From positions 73,470,001 to 73,534,000 of the forward strand of contig OX597827.1 in the NCBI GenBank assembly GCA_951406725.2: DNA of 64,000 nucleotides. Direction: 5' to 3'. Positions 34,131-47,830 of this stretch are shown one piece after another (the first letter of the stretch is position 1; each line of letters opens with the position of its first letter). The notes below the pieces were generated by a model. That model had not been told where the DNA came from and ran no database searches. It saw only the letters and a list, made by a program, of their open reading frames with translations. A program made the position numbers and the translations under genes. The DNA is from Octopus vulgaris. Lineage: Eukaryota.

Positions 34131-34529
34131 AGATTATTACTAAATGATGCGCAACGAACATATGGAATTATGTATTTTGTATGATTCCATGTACGTGCCG
34201 CATGGCTCACACCCTCAGAATTGTGAGGTTGTGTCGTCGATTACCAGACCGGATTATATGTTATGTTTTTACTCGGCTGTAGAAATAATTTACGACGTGA
34301 CCGGTGCCGAGCTGCATCGGCTTTTACCTTTCCCTTCCACAACATTGGTTGCATACCAGAAATTCTCCATGTGGGAACTTTGTGAATAGATGCACATTCT
34401 CGGGTGTATGCATTGATACATCAACCAACACACAAATTTAACCGCATATTTACAAACACAAGGAATTCTTTACATACATACATACATATATATAGATTCA
34501 AAAGTCTTGTTGCTTTGTTAGCAAACGTC

Positions 34530-35092
34530 ATACCTACATACATACATACATACATACATGCATACATACATATACATACATACATACATACATACATACA
34601 TACATACATACATACATACATACATGCATACATACATACATACATACATACATACATGCATGCATACATACATACATACATACATACATACATACATACA
34701 TACATACATACATACATACATACATACATACATACATACATACATACATACATACATACATACATACATACATACATACATACATACATACATACATACA
34801 TACATACATACATACATACATACATACATACATACATACATACATACATACATACATACATACATACATACATACATACATACATACATACATACATACA
34901 TGCATACATACATACATACATACATACATACATACATGCATACATACATACATACATACATGCATACATGCATACATACATACATACATACATACATACA
35001 TACACACATACATACATACATACATACATACATACATACATACATACATACATACATACATACACACATACATACATACATACATACATACA

Positions 35093-35123
<31 letters not shown>

Positions 35124-35152
35124 CATACATACATACTTACATACATACATAC

Positions 35153-35183
<31 letters not shown>

Positions 35184-35249
35184 CATACATACATGCATGC
35201 ATACATACATACATACATACATACACACATACATACATACATACATACA

Positions 35250-35280
<31 letters not shown>

Positions 35281-35539
35281 CATGCATACATACATACATG
35301 CATGCATACATACATACATGCATACATGCATACATACATACATACATACATTACATACATACACACATACCTACATACATACATACATACATACATACAT
35401 ACATACATACATACATACATACATACATACATACATACATACATACATACATACATACATACATACATACATACATACATACATACATACATACATACAT
35501 GCATACATGCATGCATGCATACATACATACATACATACA

Positions 35540-35570
<31 letters not shown>
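34530..35570. repeat. about 1 kb (CATA)n array
   Basis: Directly visible. Confidence 0.97.
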
Positions 35571-35572
<2 letters not shown>

Positions 35573-36925
35573 CTGCAGTGCCAGTATTCATGCCATCATT
35601 TGGGCTGCTTGAATGGACGCTTGATAAGATCCGAGTCATTGATGTGAAAACCCGAAGAATACTTACAAGTACACATGATTTCCGCATAAACAGTGCCGTG
35701 CACAACCCCTAACCAAATCGAAAACAAAGTGGCAGTGGCTTAACATCGATCCAAAATGCCTTTGATTATTTCATCAAATCCCTTCGACAAAATCTTTTAA
35801 CCACCAAGTGTCGAAGTGCATCCCTTGATCATGTTTGCATACATGAGGCTAACAATATCGTAAGACATGGGAGGCACCTTCTAGAACAACACTCTTTATC
35901 TGATAACCTAGAGTACATGCGCAAAATAAGTAGCACGACACTAGGGCAACGTCATCAGATGAAAGGATGAGCCTAGATGAGCAGAAGGCTGTAGAACGCT
36001 CCGAGATGATAGTAACATCGATCATCAAAGCGGTTTATCATGGACCAATAGCCGGATTACTATCGTCCACTTTGAAGGGTATGCACTTGCAATCCAGGAA
36101 CAGGATGCACAAAAGGATTAGGGATACAGGAAAATTCAGTAAGATGTGACAACCGATGCAGACTTTGTAGTGTTAACACCGAAGATATCACCCACATCAT
36201 TAGCAGTTGTCCGAAAATGTTATCAGTCGATGAGACATTATGTTGTAGTTAGGACACTCTATAATGAAATCCGTCAGAAGGACATCCTCGAGGACAAGGA
36301 ATTAAGAACCCAAAGTATGATAGAAGGCATAGCCACCTATAATTAGGTGGAATATCCCAGTTAAGACCTCAATAAAATGCTATCACAACAGACCTGATAT
36401 AATGATTTGGGATATTGAAGAGAATCTATGCACAGTTGTGGAAATTGCTAATTTCCAGCGCATGTTAACATGAAGATGAAGATCAGTGAAAATGAGAACA
36501 CCTACGCTGAACTACCGAGAAATCTGAAGTTATTCTATCCAGGTTACAAGTTCAGGTTTATACCTGTAATTATTGGGGCCCTGTGATATGTAACACACTG
36601 CCTAACTAACAATCTTGAGAAGTATGGCTTCCCAAAACCAGAAAGAAGAAAGCTAATTCGAAGACTACAGATCCATCCACCACTGGGACTGTAAGAATCT
36701 ATAAAACTTCCCAGAAGTTTTGCATTTAGATATATATGAGCATGTCTAGATATGCAAATATACGCATAAGAATACATACATAAAACAAAACATATAAATC
36801 TGCACATATGCATACATGCAAACACAAATACCCTGTTGATGATGTTGAAATCCCAATGGAGAAGCATTGAATCTAGGTTAGAAACCGGCGCAATCTCTAT
36901 TGGCAAGAAACCCTGAAATAAAACA
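35573..36925 (+). mobile_element. 5'-truncated, decayed R4/Dong-type element
   Basis: AVPVFMPSFGLLEWT..IDVKTRRILT, RHYVVVRTLY, HNRPDIMIWD (PD..D/ExK endonuclease), IPVIIGAL; begins at the end of (CATA)n and ends near GCATACAT. Confidence 0.8.
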
Positions 36926-37119
36926 GATGTATGCATACATATATACCAACAAATAAAAATGCCCTCCTGCTGATGTTGAAATTCCAGTGACGGTGCGTTA
37001 GATCTATGTTAGAAACTGGCTCTTTCTCTATTGGCAAGAAATCTTGCACGCATGCGCACACAAAGAGAAGCTAATCATCTAAGAACCAAGAACACAATTA
37101 ATAATCACTTTCATATGTA

Positions 37120-37935
37120 AAAAATTGTCAAAATCGTAAAAGGTAATCTCGTTTCTGCAACGTATATTGTCCTCGTAATAAGACAACATTCCTGTCGTGA
37201 AAAACCTAGACGAGTAGCCGCCCCTGGATTACTTCGTCTTACCCTGTACCATTTACTACATAATAACATGCTTTTGTATTAAGTCGAAGTACTCATCACT
37301 TATTAATGTCTCCATTGATGTAAAGACTGTATAAAACTAGCTTAAAGTAAGCGAACCGTTGCCGATGACAACACTACGCATGCGCATTCCTCAATCTTAA
37401 TATCGTCTGCTACAAAGTCCGACGAGACAAAACAGATCAACATATGCACTCCACAGCTGACACTGAAAATTAATTCAGTGATTCCTTCGAAAATTACACA
37501 GTTCAGTAATATTTAATATTATAGCGTTATCTTTTTATTGGTAATTCTACGGAAAATAGAAAGACTGACAAAATATTTTCTGCCGTTCTTACTACAGACA
37601 TGGTAAGTAGAAACGTTACAATTATAAATTGAATCCAGAGTAAACCAGGTTACATCGATTTTAATGTCCTTCAATTTGTGATGAATGTTGCTGAAGAAAT
37701 AGAATTCTGAGAAAGAGAAACTGCTTTTATTCACTCTATTGATTTGCCTCATTAATATGGAGCATCATTGCTATAATAAATGAAATACAGAAACATCATA
37801 ATAGAAATAGTTTATTTTCGAAAAGTTGGGTGAATATAAATTCATTGCAGACATCTCCATTCCTCTCTGTTGTCGTAGCTGATATGTTGAACGAAGAAAT
37901 AATTTTACTCTTTGTCTCTGTAAATCTGGTATTGC
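37120..37935 (+). repeat. older diverged copy D of module M
   Basis: Shares GAGTAGCCGCCC, CTTAAAGTAAGCGAACCGTTG, ACGCATGCGCATTCCTCAATCTTAATATCGTCTGCTACAAA and a GTAAGT donor (37603-37608). Confidence 0.8.
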
Positions 37936-38029
37936 GAATGTACAATGAATATAAGAACTCAGTAGCTCAAATACGTACACGCACATACATTCACACACAC
38001 GCACATATATAACGCATGTATAACGCTGT

Positions 38030-38200
38030 AACTAAAAAGTATGTGGGTCTTACAGAGAGAAATTTCAAGGCAAGATTTCGTAATCACACAGCTTCACAGA
38101 CTGGAATAAACGTGAGGCAACTAAACACAAGCACATGGTGGAGAAAAATTGATAAACAAAATATTCCAAGACTAAGATTTGAAATAAGATGTCACTATTG
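38030..38200 (+). mobile_element. Penelope-like GIY-YIG endonuclease remnant
   Basis: KKYVGLTERNFKARFRNHTAS matches the YIGxTxRxFKxRxxNH motif. Confidence 0.6.
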
Positions 38201-40619
38201 TTAATATCATCTTTGGTTAAAAGATAAAATTGATGGTATAAACATTAGTAACATAGGTGGTTCGCAGGCAAAGAGCTATGTTTTTGGTGCTAAACAGAAC
38301 CAGTACACAAACGGAATATAGCGTGACGGTCGAATTTTTACTAGGTAGTCCACAGTGAAGAGAGTCAAGGATTAAATTTCCAAAAGCCGAAACCCGGGTA
38401 TGTGGATGTCCTAAACTCTATAATCTTTCATAGATGTGTTTTTGCCTCGCCTACTGTTATTTGTCTGTTATCTTGGTGCTTTACGGTGCTTTTAATTAAA
38501 ACTTTAGCTCTTATTTCTAGCAGGTTGATTCTTTTCTGCATCCTTACGGTTCGTGCAAATTTGTAATTTGTAGCTAAATAATCGTATTGCTGTTACAGAA
38601 AACCAACGATTTCATCGCACGAATGAGATGGCTGACCTTCTTTTATGATAACAAATCTAATATTGCATACTCCTCCAAAGATAAGGATTACCATTTCACT
38701 CGTTTGCCCCATAAAATCCGATCTGTGTGGCATTAGTAAATGCATAATACTCTGGCTTATCACCTTTGAGCAACAGAATTAATCTTTCCCTTTGGAAAAG
38801 TAATCGTGATATCATTATGTGGTACCACTCTGTTCCTTACAAATCTAATACTCACTTCCCCAGTTTGATATTTCGAGCTTTTACGCTTTCATATCTGTTA
38901 TCCTTCTAAATAAGGCTCTAATGTTTGCGGGGAAACTTGCTTCTCTTTCTAAGTTTGACATTTACATTATCTTAGCAGCTGAAAAGCACGTTTGTTTTTA
39001 TTTTTAATGAATACTGGTCACATACTACCACCATAAATCTCTTCGATATCATCATAGATTCTTCAGACTCTGCTCGAGTCACGACCCTGGTATATCTCTT
39101 TCTTCTCTCATAAACAAATGAACATTTTTCACAAATACAGGGACGTCAGGGTCGTCCACTGAGCGTATCCGTAAAGCCCTCGATAAACTCTTTAAAAACT
39201 TATTTGAACAAAGGAATAAAGTAACCACCTTCTGGGATCTGGCGCTTCACTTAGATTCTAGTCTCTACTAGCCTTACCAGAAGAGTAATGACTCTTTAGA
39301 CTACATCGGCGTTCTGTCTAATCATCCTAAATATGTCTGATATAACATAAGGTATTTCTGTTAGGATTTCTAGGCTATCCGTCAATGAGGATTACTTACA
39401 TTATCACACCCTGCACTATAAAAAGACTCTACGTAATAGCGTCTTCCTTGAGAGGTTCTCATATATCCCTAATACTGGACTGAAAACCAAACTAGAACTT
39501 TTATTTTATTCTAGATATATTAAGTCTCCTACCCAGACTAAGCCCTGCCTCTCTACGCACTAGCGCCTCTCAGCAAGCTTCCCTCGCTAATAATCACTCG
39601 GCTAGTTCTAAGGTGGATGCACTCCGACCACCCAACGCTGACCAGCCCAATACCAAGCACGGCCCTAAGGTCCTCAGGAGTAGAAAACGTGAGACTTTAT
39701 AGTTTGCATTCCAGTTTTCTTCTCAAGTTAAACAACGTAAACTCTAAATTCCGACCCTAAAATAAGTATTATTCCATATTTAAGAAACCCACTATGAAAA
39801 TGTCATATTCACTTTCGTAAATTTGGGATCTATAATTGCCGATTCTAATAGGAGCAAACTCGGCCGTCTGACTTCAGGTCCTGTGAACCACTCTTTTGAC
39901 TTTCACAATAACCGAGTTCATAGTAACACGGTAAACCGGGAAAATCCTACCAACTCTAGCATTAGATCGGATAACAATGCTTCTGGAATTAACGACATTA
40001 AGACTTAAAACCACGGCGACACGAAAATGACAGATCTTCTCCTTTGCTCTTATACTACCATAGAGGATTTAAATCTACACTCGAATTACAATTATAACCT
40101 TTATACAATTTCATCGCTTATACAATTTCATCGCTTAACTGTATTCCAAATGAGCCTTTTTGTCTGCAAAATATCAACACATTCGACGCTTCTAAAGTTT
40201 CTTTATAAAATGTTGTTGCATTCCAAAAGATATTATTTAGTGTTATAATTGTCAGTTATTGCTTAATGGTAGATTACTCAACCGATGTCTGACGGTTAGT
40301 ATCCAAAAAACGACTGCTGGCAAATGTTTTTTTCTCCGTTTTATAAGGGTAGAATACCCAATCTTTCTGATGTTTTCACGGTTAATCTACGTTTGATACT
40401 TACTTCCTCTTCTCTAAAATACCAAACACATACGACTTTTCCAAACTTTGTGTATGATATGTATATATATATATATATATATATCAGTAAAATTTACTAT
40501 TTTGTGGGCTTACCTATTGCAATACTATTTGTGTACGAATAGGTGTATCCATATATGTTTATCTTTTTATGTATTTATATGCATATCGGTGTATATATAC
40601 ATTTAAGTCTACAAAAAGT

Positions 40620-40810
40620 AAAATAGATGAACAAACACAAACAAACAGCAACGTGAGGACGTGGTACATGTAAAGTATTAGCAGACGCTCAGGGAAGGAA
40701 AGAAAGATGGTTTAACGTTTCCAACAACGTTCTTCTTCAGAAACAGAGGAAAGTCCAATAGAAAGGAAGACAGAGGAAGAAAGAAAATCGCTAACGATTC
40801 ACATGTAGTT
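40620..40810 (-). mobile_element. Penelope-type terminal repeat remnant with degenerate minimal hammerhead
   Basis: rc CTGAAGA-AGAACGTTGTTG-GAAA-CGT-TA at about 40712-40740; stem II is imperfect. Confidence 0.4.
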
Positions 40811-40917
40811 ATTTATATATATAAGTGTGTGTGTGAATGGGTCTGTACATCTGTATAATTATATACAACTGTATCTCTCTCTCTCTCTGTCTCTCTCTCT
40901 CTCTCTCTCTATTCTCT

Positions 40918-41002
<85 letters not shown>

Positions 41003-41477
41003 CTATTATATATTGATGTGTCTACGTTCGTATATCTATGTCTATGTATATCATCATCATCATTATAATCGTTTAATATCCGTCTTCCAGTCTTGCATGG
41101 GTGAGGCCGTTTGACAGGGGCCGGCCAGTTAGAATAATACATGAGGTTACTGTGTCTGTTTTGGCTTGGTTTTCATGGTTGAATTGCTTTTCCCACACCA
41201 TCCGCCCCACAGAATGGACTTTTTTACGTAGCACCAGCACGAGGTCAGCACTGGCACGGTTTTTACAACTGGATGACCTTCGAAATGCCAACCGCTTCAC
41301 AGTGTGGAGTGGAGACTTTTTATATGTGTGTGTCTGTGTTTGCCCCGCACTACTGCTTGAGAACGGATGCTGGTTCGTTTAAGTCACCCTAATTGAGCTA
41401 CTCGGCAAAAGATACAGTAGTATGAGTACAAAGCTAAAAAAAGAGCTTGTCGTATATATATATATATATATATATAT

Positions 41478-41517
<40 letters not shown>

Positions 41518-42789
41518 TGTGTGTGTGTGCCTTAATTCTCCTCCCCTCTCAATCTAAACCCCTTCCATATCCTTCCCTATCCCACCACACCCCATCCCTT
41601 AACCCACTCCCACATACCCCACCTCTACCCCCATCCTTGCTTTCCCCACTCTTGTTCTCCCCACCTCCCAGTACCATCACATCACACCACACACTACTAC
41701 ACCTTACACTACCATACCACACATCACCACTAAACACTTCCCAGACCACATTTTCACACCTACACATACGCACACGCAAACGTCAAGATCACCAGCCCTC
41801 GTCCACACACATATACAAACTCTCTTATACCCACGCACGCGCACCTTCGTTTTGGGATCACCACTACTTAGTTATTATACGATGACTGTAATATCATAAG
41901 AGAAGCAATCACTCTTATTAGGTCGCATCACGCCCTGTCCTGTTTCTAGAAATGCATGCACCTCACAGTCAGAGTAGGCGGCGTTGCGAGCTTATTTTTA
42001 TACATTTGTGTGTTTGTGTGTATGCTTGCGTGCGCGAAAGTGCGTGTGTCTATTGATATATTCGAGTTTTATGTCCGTCTGATTTGTGTGGATATAATGG
42101 CAACATCGTTTTTTTTGCTCTCTTTCTCTATCTCTCTCTTCCCCGCTCACTCAATCCTCACACAGAGGTATACTCACATACAAGTTGTTCTCTTTATAAT
42201 GTCTCCTCACTCTATCAACCCCTCCTCACGAATTGACCAATCAGATGAAGAGAAAATTGTGTTCGCTTTTCTCTTTGCGTTCTATTTCCTTTCCTCTTTC
42301 TCTAATTGTCTTGGATCCTGCATTTACCATTCTACCTCAATTTCTAGAATATATATTTCTTCCCTGATACTTCTCTTCAATCTTTGACATGTTTTGTACT
42401 TTTTATCATAGCAAGTCTTCATATACGTAGCAGTGTACACTTTTTAAAATTTCATTAATCCACTTCTGAAAGGGGTGGGCAGGTCCCTCAAACTCCTGAT
42501 TTTTCATTTCTTAAATATGTGCCGTGTGTATGTGTGTGTGTGTGTGTGTATGTGTGTGTGCATGTACGTGTGTATATGCGTATTAATAGAGGTTACAAAA
42601 GTGACAGAGGATGCTGACTAGCATCACTATTGATAGAAATACCAGTTAAAACAACTCAAGAGTCAGAAAATACGGATCGACAATTTCGGATTTTGGTGTA
42701 GACCATCTTAGCCCTCATCAGTGACACTTAACGCCTAGGATTAACCTTAACTACTTCTGTCAATTTTATATGAAAACTGTTGAAAATGT

Positions 42790-43537
42790 GCTAATTTTCA
42801 AAAAGGTAAAAGTTCGGTGTTTTGAATTGTATTCGGTGCTCTTTCTGCGAATCACCAATGATCGTTTTCTTGATCGAATAGATACTTGTAACGAAAAGTG
42901 GATCCTTTATGATAACTGTAAATGATCAGGTCAATGTTTTGATCGTGATGAATCCCCCAAACATTTCCCAAAGCCAAACTTGGATCAGCAAAATATTATG
43001 GTGACTGTCTCGTGGTCTGCAATTGGTGTTGTCCATTACAGCTTTCTGGAAGCAAATCAAAGCATTACAGCAGAGATTTACAGTAATCAACTCGCTGAAA
43101 TGCATGCTCACTTGCAAAAAGTGAGACCTGCAATGGTGAATCGGCGTCGCCCAATTCTGCTCCGCGATAATGCAAAACCACATGTTGCAAGAATGACGCT
43201 GCAGAAACTCGCAGACTTGGGATACGAGACCTTACCATATCCTTCGTATTCTCCTGATCTTTCACCCACTGGCTACTATATTTTAAAGCATTTAAACATG
43301 TTTTTAAGTGATAAAACTTTCAGGTCCAAACCACAGGTGGAATCAGCTTTCAAAGTTTTCTTAGCATCGAAGCCGATAAGTTTTTCTCATCGAGGCATAA
43401 ATTATCTCGTTGATCGATAGCAGAGATGCATACATGTTCACAGCTCAAACTTTGGCCAATCAAAACATTTCTATTGTTAATTTTTCTAGAATAAAATTAT
43501 TTTTCTGAAATCGGCCATTATTTTCGGAACAACCTAA
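42790..43537 (+). mobile_element. mariner relic (3' half of transposase plus right TIR)
   Basis: FLDRIDTCNEKWILYDN, LLRDNAKPH, YPSYSPDLSPTGY (degenerate D,D34D); terminal CGGCCATTATTTTCGGAACAACCTAA. Confidence 0.88.
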
Positions 43538-45697
43538 CGCACTCTGCCCACATAAAACCGTCTTTCTTTATTCCTTATTTTTTCCTTTATTTTCACTGTG
43601 TCTAATCCCACTAAAGAATTACCTTTTAATATAGGAAATTAGCCACTTGCCATACATATTTCAAATGTCTGAAAGACAATAGAAGTAAATGTCAATAACC
43701 TCTTCATTATAACGTCTCATCCACTCTCATTCCTTCTCTCTCTCTCTCTCTCTCTCCCTTTTTTCTCGACTATTTCCCGGAAAATACCACTCCACTTACA
43801 ATAGCTAAGTCACTTTAGTTTTAAGATTATTACATATACACATTTTATCAATCGCCTAGTATTGTTGATAAAATCTGGGGAAAATTGAACTTCAACTTAA
43901 AGCTACATAACCCATTTAGATCGTAAAGCACATTTCTATTTCACCATCCTTCTATGCGTATATGTTTGCTATGTAAAACTGTTTTCCTAAACGAAAGAAA
44001 TTTTTTATTACAATATTATTGCAATATATACTGCTTATACAATGCTGTAAGGTAGATGAACGGAACAAATGTACATGTGGTGGGGTTTGCTGAGAATAAT
44101 AGTGTGAGATGGTGAGAGAACAGGAGAGATTACTATTCCATTACTATTATCAGTCTTTCATCATTTGTTTTCTTGAATAATTTCTGTTTTACCATTTGCG
44201 TTATTCTACTGTATAATGATGTTTCAAGACAAAAGACAAACATCGACGTTTATAGAAATAGATAATTTTATTATTTTGTATGAGTGGACAGAGTTTATAA
44301 TTATATCTTTATTGATACAGATTACAAAAAGATTACACAATTATATTGCTTTTAACATATAGACAACGTTGGTCATAAATGCAATCATTAATGCTGATAT
44401 TACGGAAGATTTCTTGTGAGTACCAAGCAAAATGTAGGTGACTGAATTAAGATATTATTGACTATTTTTTTCATGATATAAACAACGATATTGACACCAA
44501 CTTCATGTCTATGAATCGAGAAAGCAATGGTTGTAAATGAATGGAGAAGACATTAGCGATAAAGACAGAGCAACATTTGACGTGTATGATCTGAGAGAAA
44601 AATACTCATCATATGACCTTTGAAGAACGCTTGGGATATGAATCTAATCGGAGAGAATACAAACTGTATATAAATGCGATAGATATCAAGGGTGTTTGGA
44701 TAGAGAATACAACAATTTTATACGTATTGATATGATAGCTGTAATGTTTCAATAGTCAGGGCACCATGGTATATGAAATAGGAAGACACCAGTGGTCTTT
44801 GAACTGAAGGACACCGTTAACTGAAATGGCAGCAACAGTATATGAAAGAAGCCACCAACCGTATACGAATCGAGGCAAGTGATATGGTAAATGAATTGAG
44901 ATGATAGTGGTGGTATTGCAATTAAGAAGATAGCAGTTATAAACGAATTAGTTTCTTGTCTCTGTTTCGCAATAATTGAAGGTTACTGCCTGAATTTCTG
45001 TGTCATGCGTTATATGGTATTAATAAAAATTAAAAGCCCGAATATGTTGATTAAATATATTAAGTAAAAAAAAGTAAGAATAAAGAAAATAGAAAAAACG
45101 TATTGAGAGATATAAAGAAGAAAATATTAAAAAATGGTGAGAAGAAAAGAGAGGCTGACTGTAAGAAATCAAATAAGTAAAAATATATGCTGTGAGATAT
45201 AAATTCTTTTTAAAAATTGGGATAAGGGAAATAACTCAAAAGGGTAAATGACCCGAAGTTAAGCGACGATTTACTGAATGTCGTACACATACACAAGAAA
45301 AAGGAAAAGATTAATTATTCAATGAAATTTTCTTCCCAGTTGGAGACAGAGAAAAAAGAATTTATCAGCAATTGTTGCGAAGTCTCAATCGAAAAAGAAA
45401 ATCATTTCAAGAAATTAATTTTAATATTTCAAAGTTAATTGACTTCTCTAGGGGAGAGAAAAATAAACGGTTATCTGTAGGCAAGAATAAACATCTTTTG
45501 GCTTTTCAAAAACCATAAATTCAGTGCAATTTTTTTAAGGCTGTACCGGATAAATTTTGGTCATTGTAATTAGCATAATGTATTATCACAGAACTATGTC
45601 ACATAGTTGGCCTGTATGTGCAAACAAAGATGAATTTTCAATATTTACTTCAACAAAAGGTGAGACGATGTTTCCTTTTAACATTATTATTAGTTTT

Positions 45698-45830
45698 AAG
45701 GCAGCGAGCTGGCAGAATCGTAGCACGCCGGACCAAATGCTTAACGGCATTTCGTCTGCCGCTACGTTCTGAGTTCAAATTCCGTCAGGGTTGACTTTGT
45801 CTCAGGGTCAATAATTTAACTACCAGTTTC
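45698..45830 (+). mobile_element. tRNA-derived SINE (second family), partial
   Basis: GGCAGCGAGCTGGCAGAATCG..GAGTTCAAATTCC B-box; matches 47091-47305. Confidence 0.8.
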
Positions 45831-45942
45831 TTGAAAATGTTTCCATTCCCTTTGAGAGATACAAGCAATTGCCGCTAACCTTTGGTTTTCTTTATCCAAA
45901 AAGGAAATAATTTTTTTGCATACATCGCCGCTTAACTCATAC

Positions 45943-46669
45943 CATGTAACATCTATAATGTGGGTACTATAAAAACATTCACACCATCCACCCATGTATC
46001 ACTGTACGAAATTTGAGTATAAAATCGATTCTTTTTGCAAGTATTCAGCAACTTCCCAAATGTAAGCGTAGGACTCCTGCCAAAGAAAGAATTATTAAAT
46101 ACATGAATGAAATGGTTATTAAATTAGTAAATATATGAATGAAATGAAGTGAAATCACTTAATACCTAATTATTTGTTTTACCGTATCCTTTGCAATGTT
46201 TTTATTCATTTTCACTAATGTCAAGATTAAAATAACAATAATATATAAATTCCATATAGTTTTATGTAAATTTCTTAACCCTATGGTCACCTACTGGTTA
46301 CTGTATGTTACCGACTGAATATTATTTAATAAGAATAAATTCCATTGGTACACTGCTGAATATGTTTATCTAAATTGAGAGAAACATTTACCTACCATTA
46401 ACTCTAATGCAATTTCTCCAGAAGTTTAGATATGTAATATGTCAAGATAATAGCGTTACTCGAGGTTTAAAATTTTCTAGAGTAACAAGGGAAATGTTTC
46501 ACTCCTTTCAATACTGAAGTCTACTAATCAAATCCATCCACATATGTGCAATTCAGTACTCCGTAAGTTTCCAGTGTAGGTTAATGAAAGAAATCATCTG
46601 ATACTTAACCAAATATTCGTTAGCATATCGATGATCTTCGAAACAATTTTCAGAAAAGTGTTAAAATAA
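45943..46669 (-). pseudogene. three putative decayed exons (46392-46669, 46183-46314, 45943-46076)
   Basis: Each is bounded by AG and GT(A) on the minus strand, with short AT-rich introns; all frames contain stops; product unknown. Confidence 0.3.
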
Positions 46670-47090
46670 CTGTAAAAATTTGAACGACGGATATTTATCC
46701 CTGATATTTAGTAAAGACTTGGTTGAAGCACATAAAAGTGAGAAAAAATGTTGCTATACTTACACAGTCAGGTATAATATTTGGTTCTATTTTCTTGATC
46801 AGTCGAACTAACCGTACTATGTTGATTACTGACTGACTGGTTATTGCATCTTTTAAAATGTGAATGATGCACAGCAAACCACTTTTGTGAAACTTGTCAC
46901 TTTACATGAAAAAAGAGAAGAAATATGTGAATAATAGATCTTACTAAAAATATGATTTCTGACAAAATTTCTTACCAACATTCAATTATTTTAGTGATAT
47001 GAACATGGAATTTTTTGACATTATGTGTAAATGTTCCGTAAAAAAATTTTCAATATTTACTCCAAAAAAAGAGACATTATTATTAGTTTT

Positions 47091-47557
47091 AAGGTGGAGA
47101 GCTGGCAGAATCGTTAGCACGCCGGATGAAATGCTAGCGATATTTCGTCTGCCGCTGCGTTTTGAGTTCAAATTCCGCCGAGGTCGACTTTGCTTTTCCT
47201 CCTTTCGGGGTCGATAAATTAAGTACCAATTGAGTACTGGGGTCGACGTAACCGACTAGACCCCCGCGTTCAAAATTCCAGACTTTGTGCCCATAGTAGA
47301 AAGGATTATTATAAGTTTTAAGGCAACGAGTTAGCAGAAACGTTAACATGCCGGGTAAAATGCTTAGCGGCATTTCGTCTGCCTTTACGTTCTGAGTTCA
47401 AATTCCACAGAGGTTGACTTTGCCTTTCATCCTTTCAGAGATGATAAATTAAGTGTCTGTGAAACACTGTGGTTGATGTAATCCACTTATCCCCTCCCCA
47501 AAATGGCTGCCCTTGTGGCGAAATTTGAAACCGTTCTTCTTCTTCTTCTTCTTCTTC

Positions 47558-47593
<36 letters not shown>

Positions 47594-47610
47594 GTAGTAG
47601 TAGTAGTAGT

Positions 47611-47671
<61 letters not shown>

Positions 47672-47830
47672 AGTAGCAGACTGGCAGAATCCTTAGCGTG
47701 CCAGGTTAAATGCTTAACGGCATTGCATCCATTTGTCTGCTCTGAGTTCATATTCTTCCATAGTCCACTTTGTCTTTCATCCTCTCTGGGCCGATAAATT
47801 AAGTGCCAGTGAAACACTGGGGTCGATCTA
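47091..47830 (+). mobile_element. head-to-tail array of three SINEs (second family)
   Basis: Copies at about 47091-47305, 47320-47530 and 47673-47830, separated by (TTA)n-type tails. Confidence 0.85.

Noticed and set aside
41481-41885. Pro/His/Thr-rich 134-aa ORF
   Set aside because: Low-complexity C/A-rich sequence starting in a (TG)n tract; no domain or splice support.
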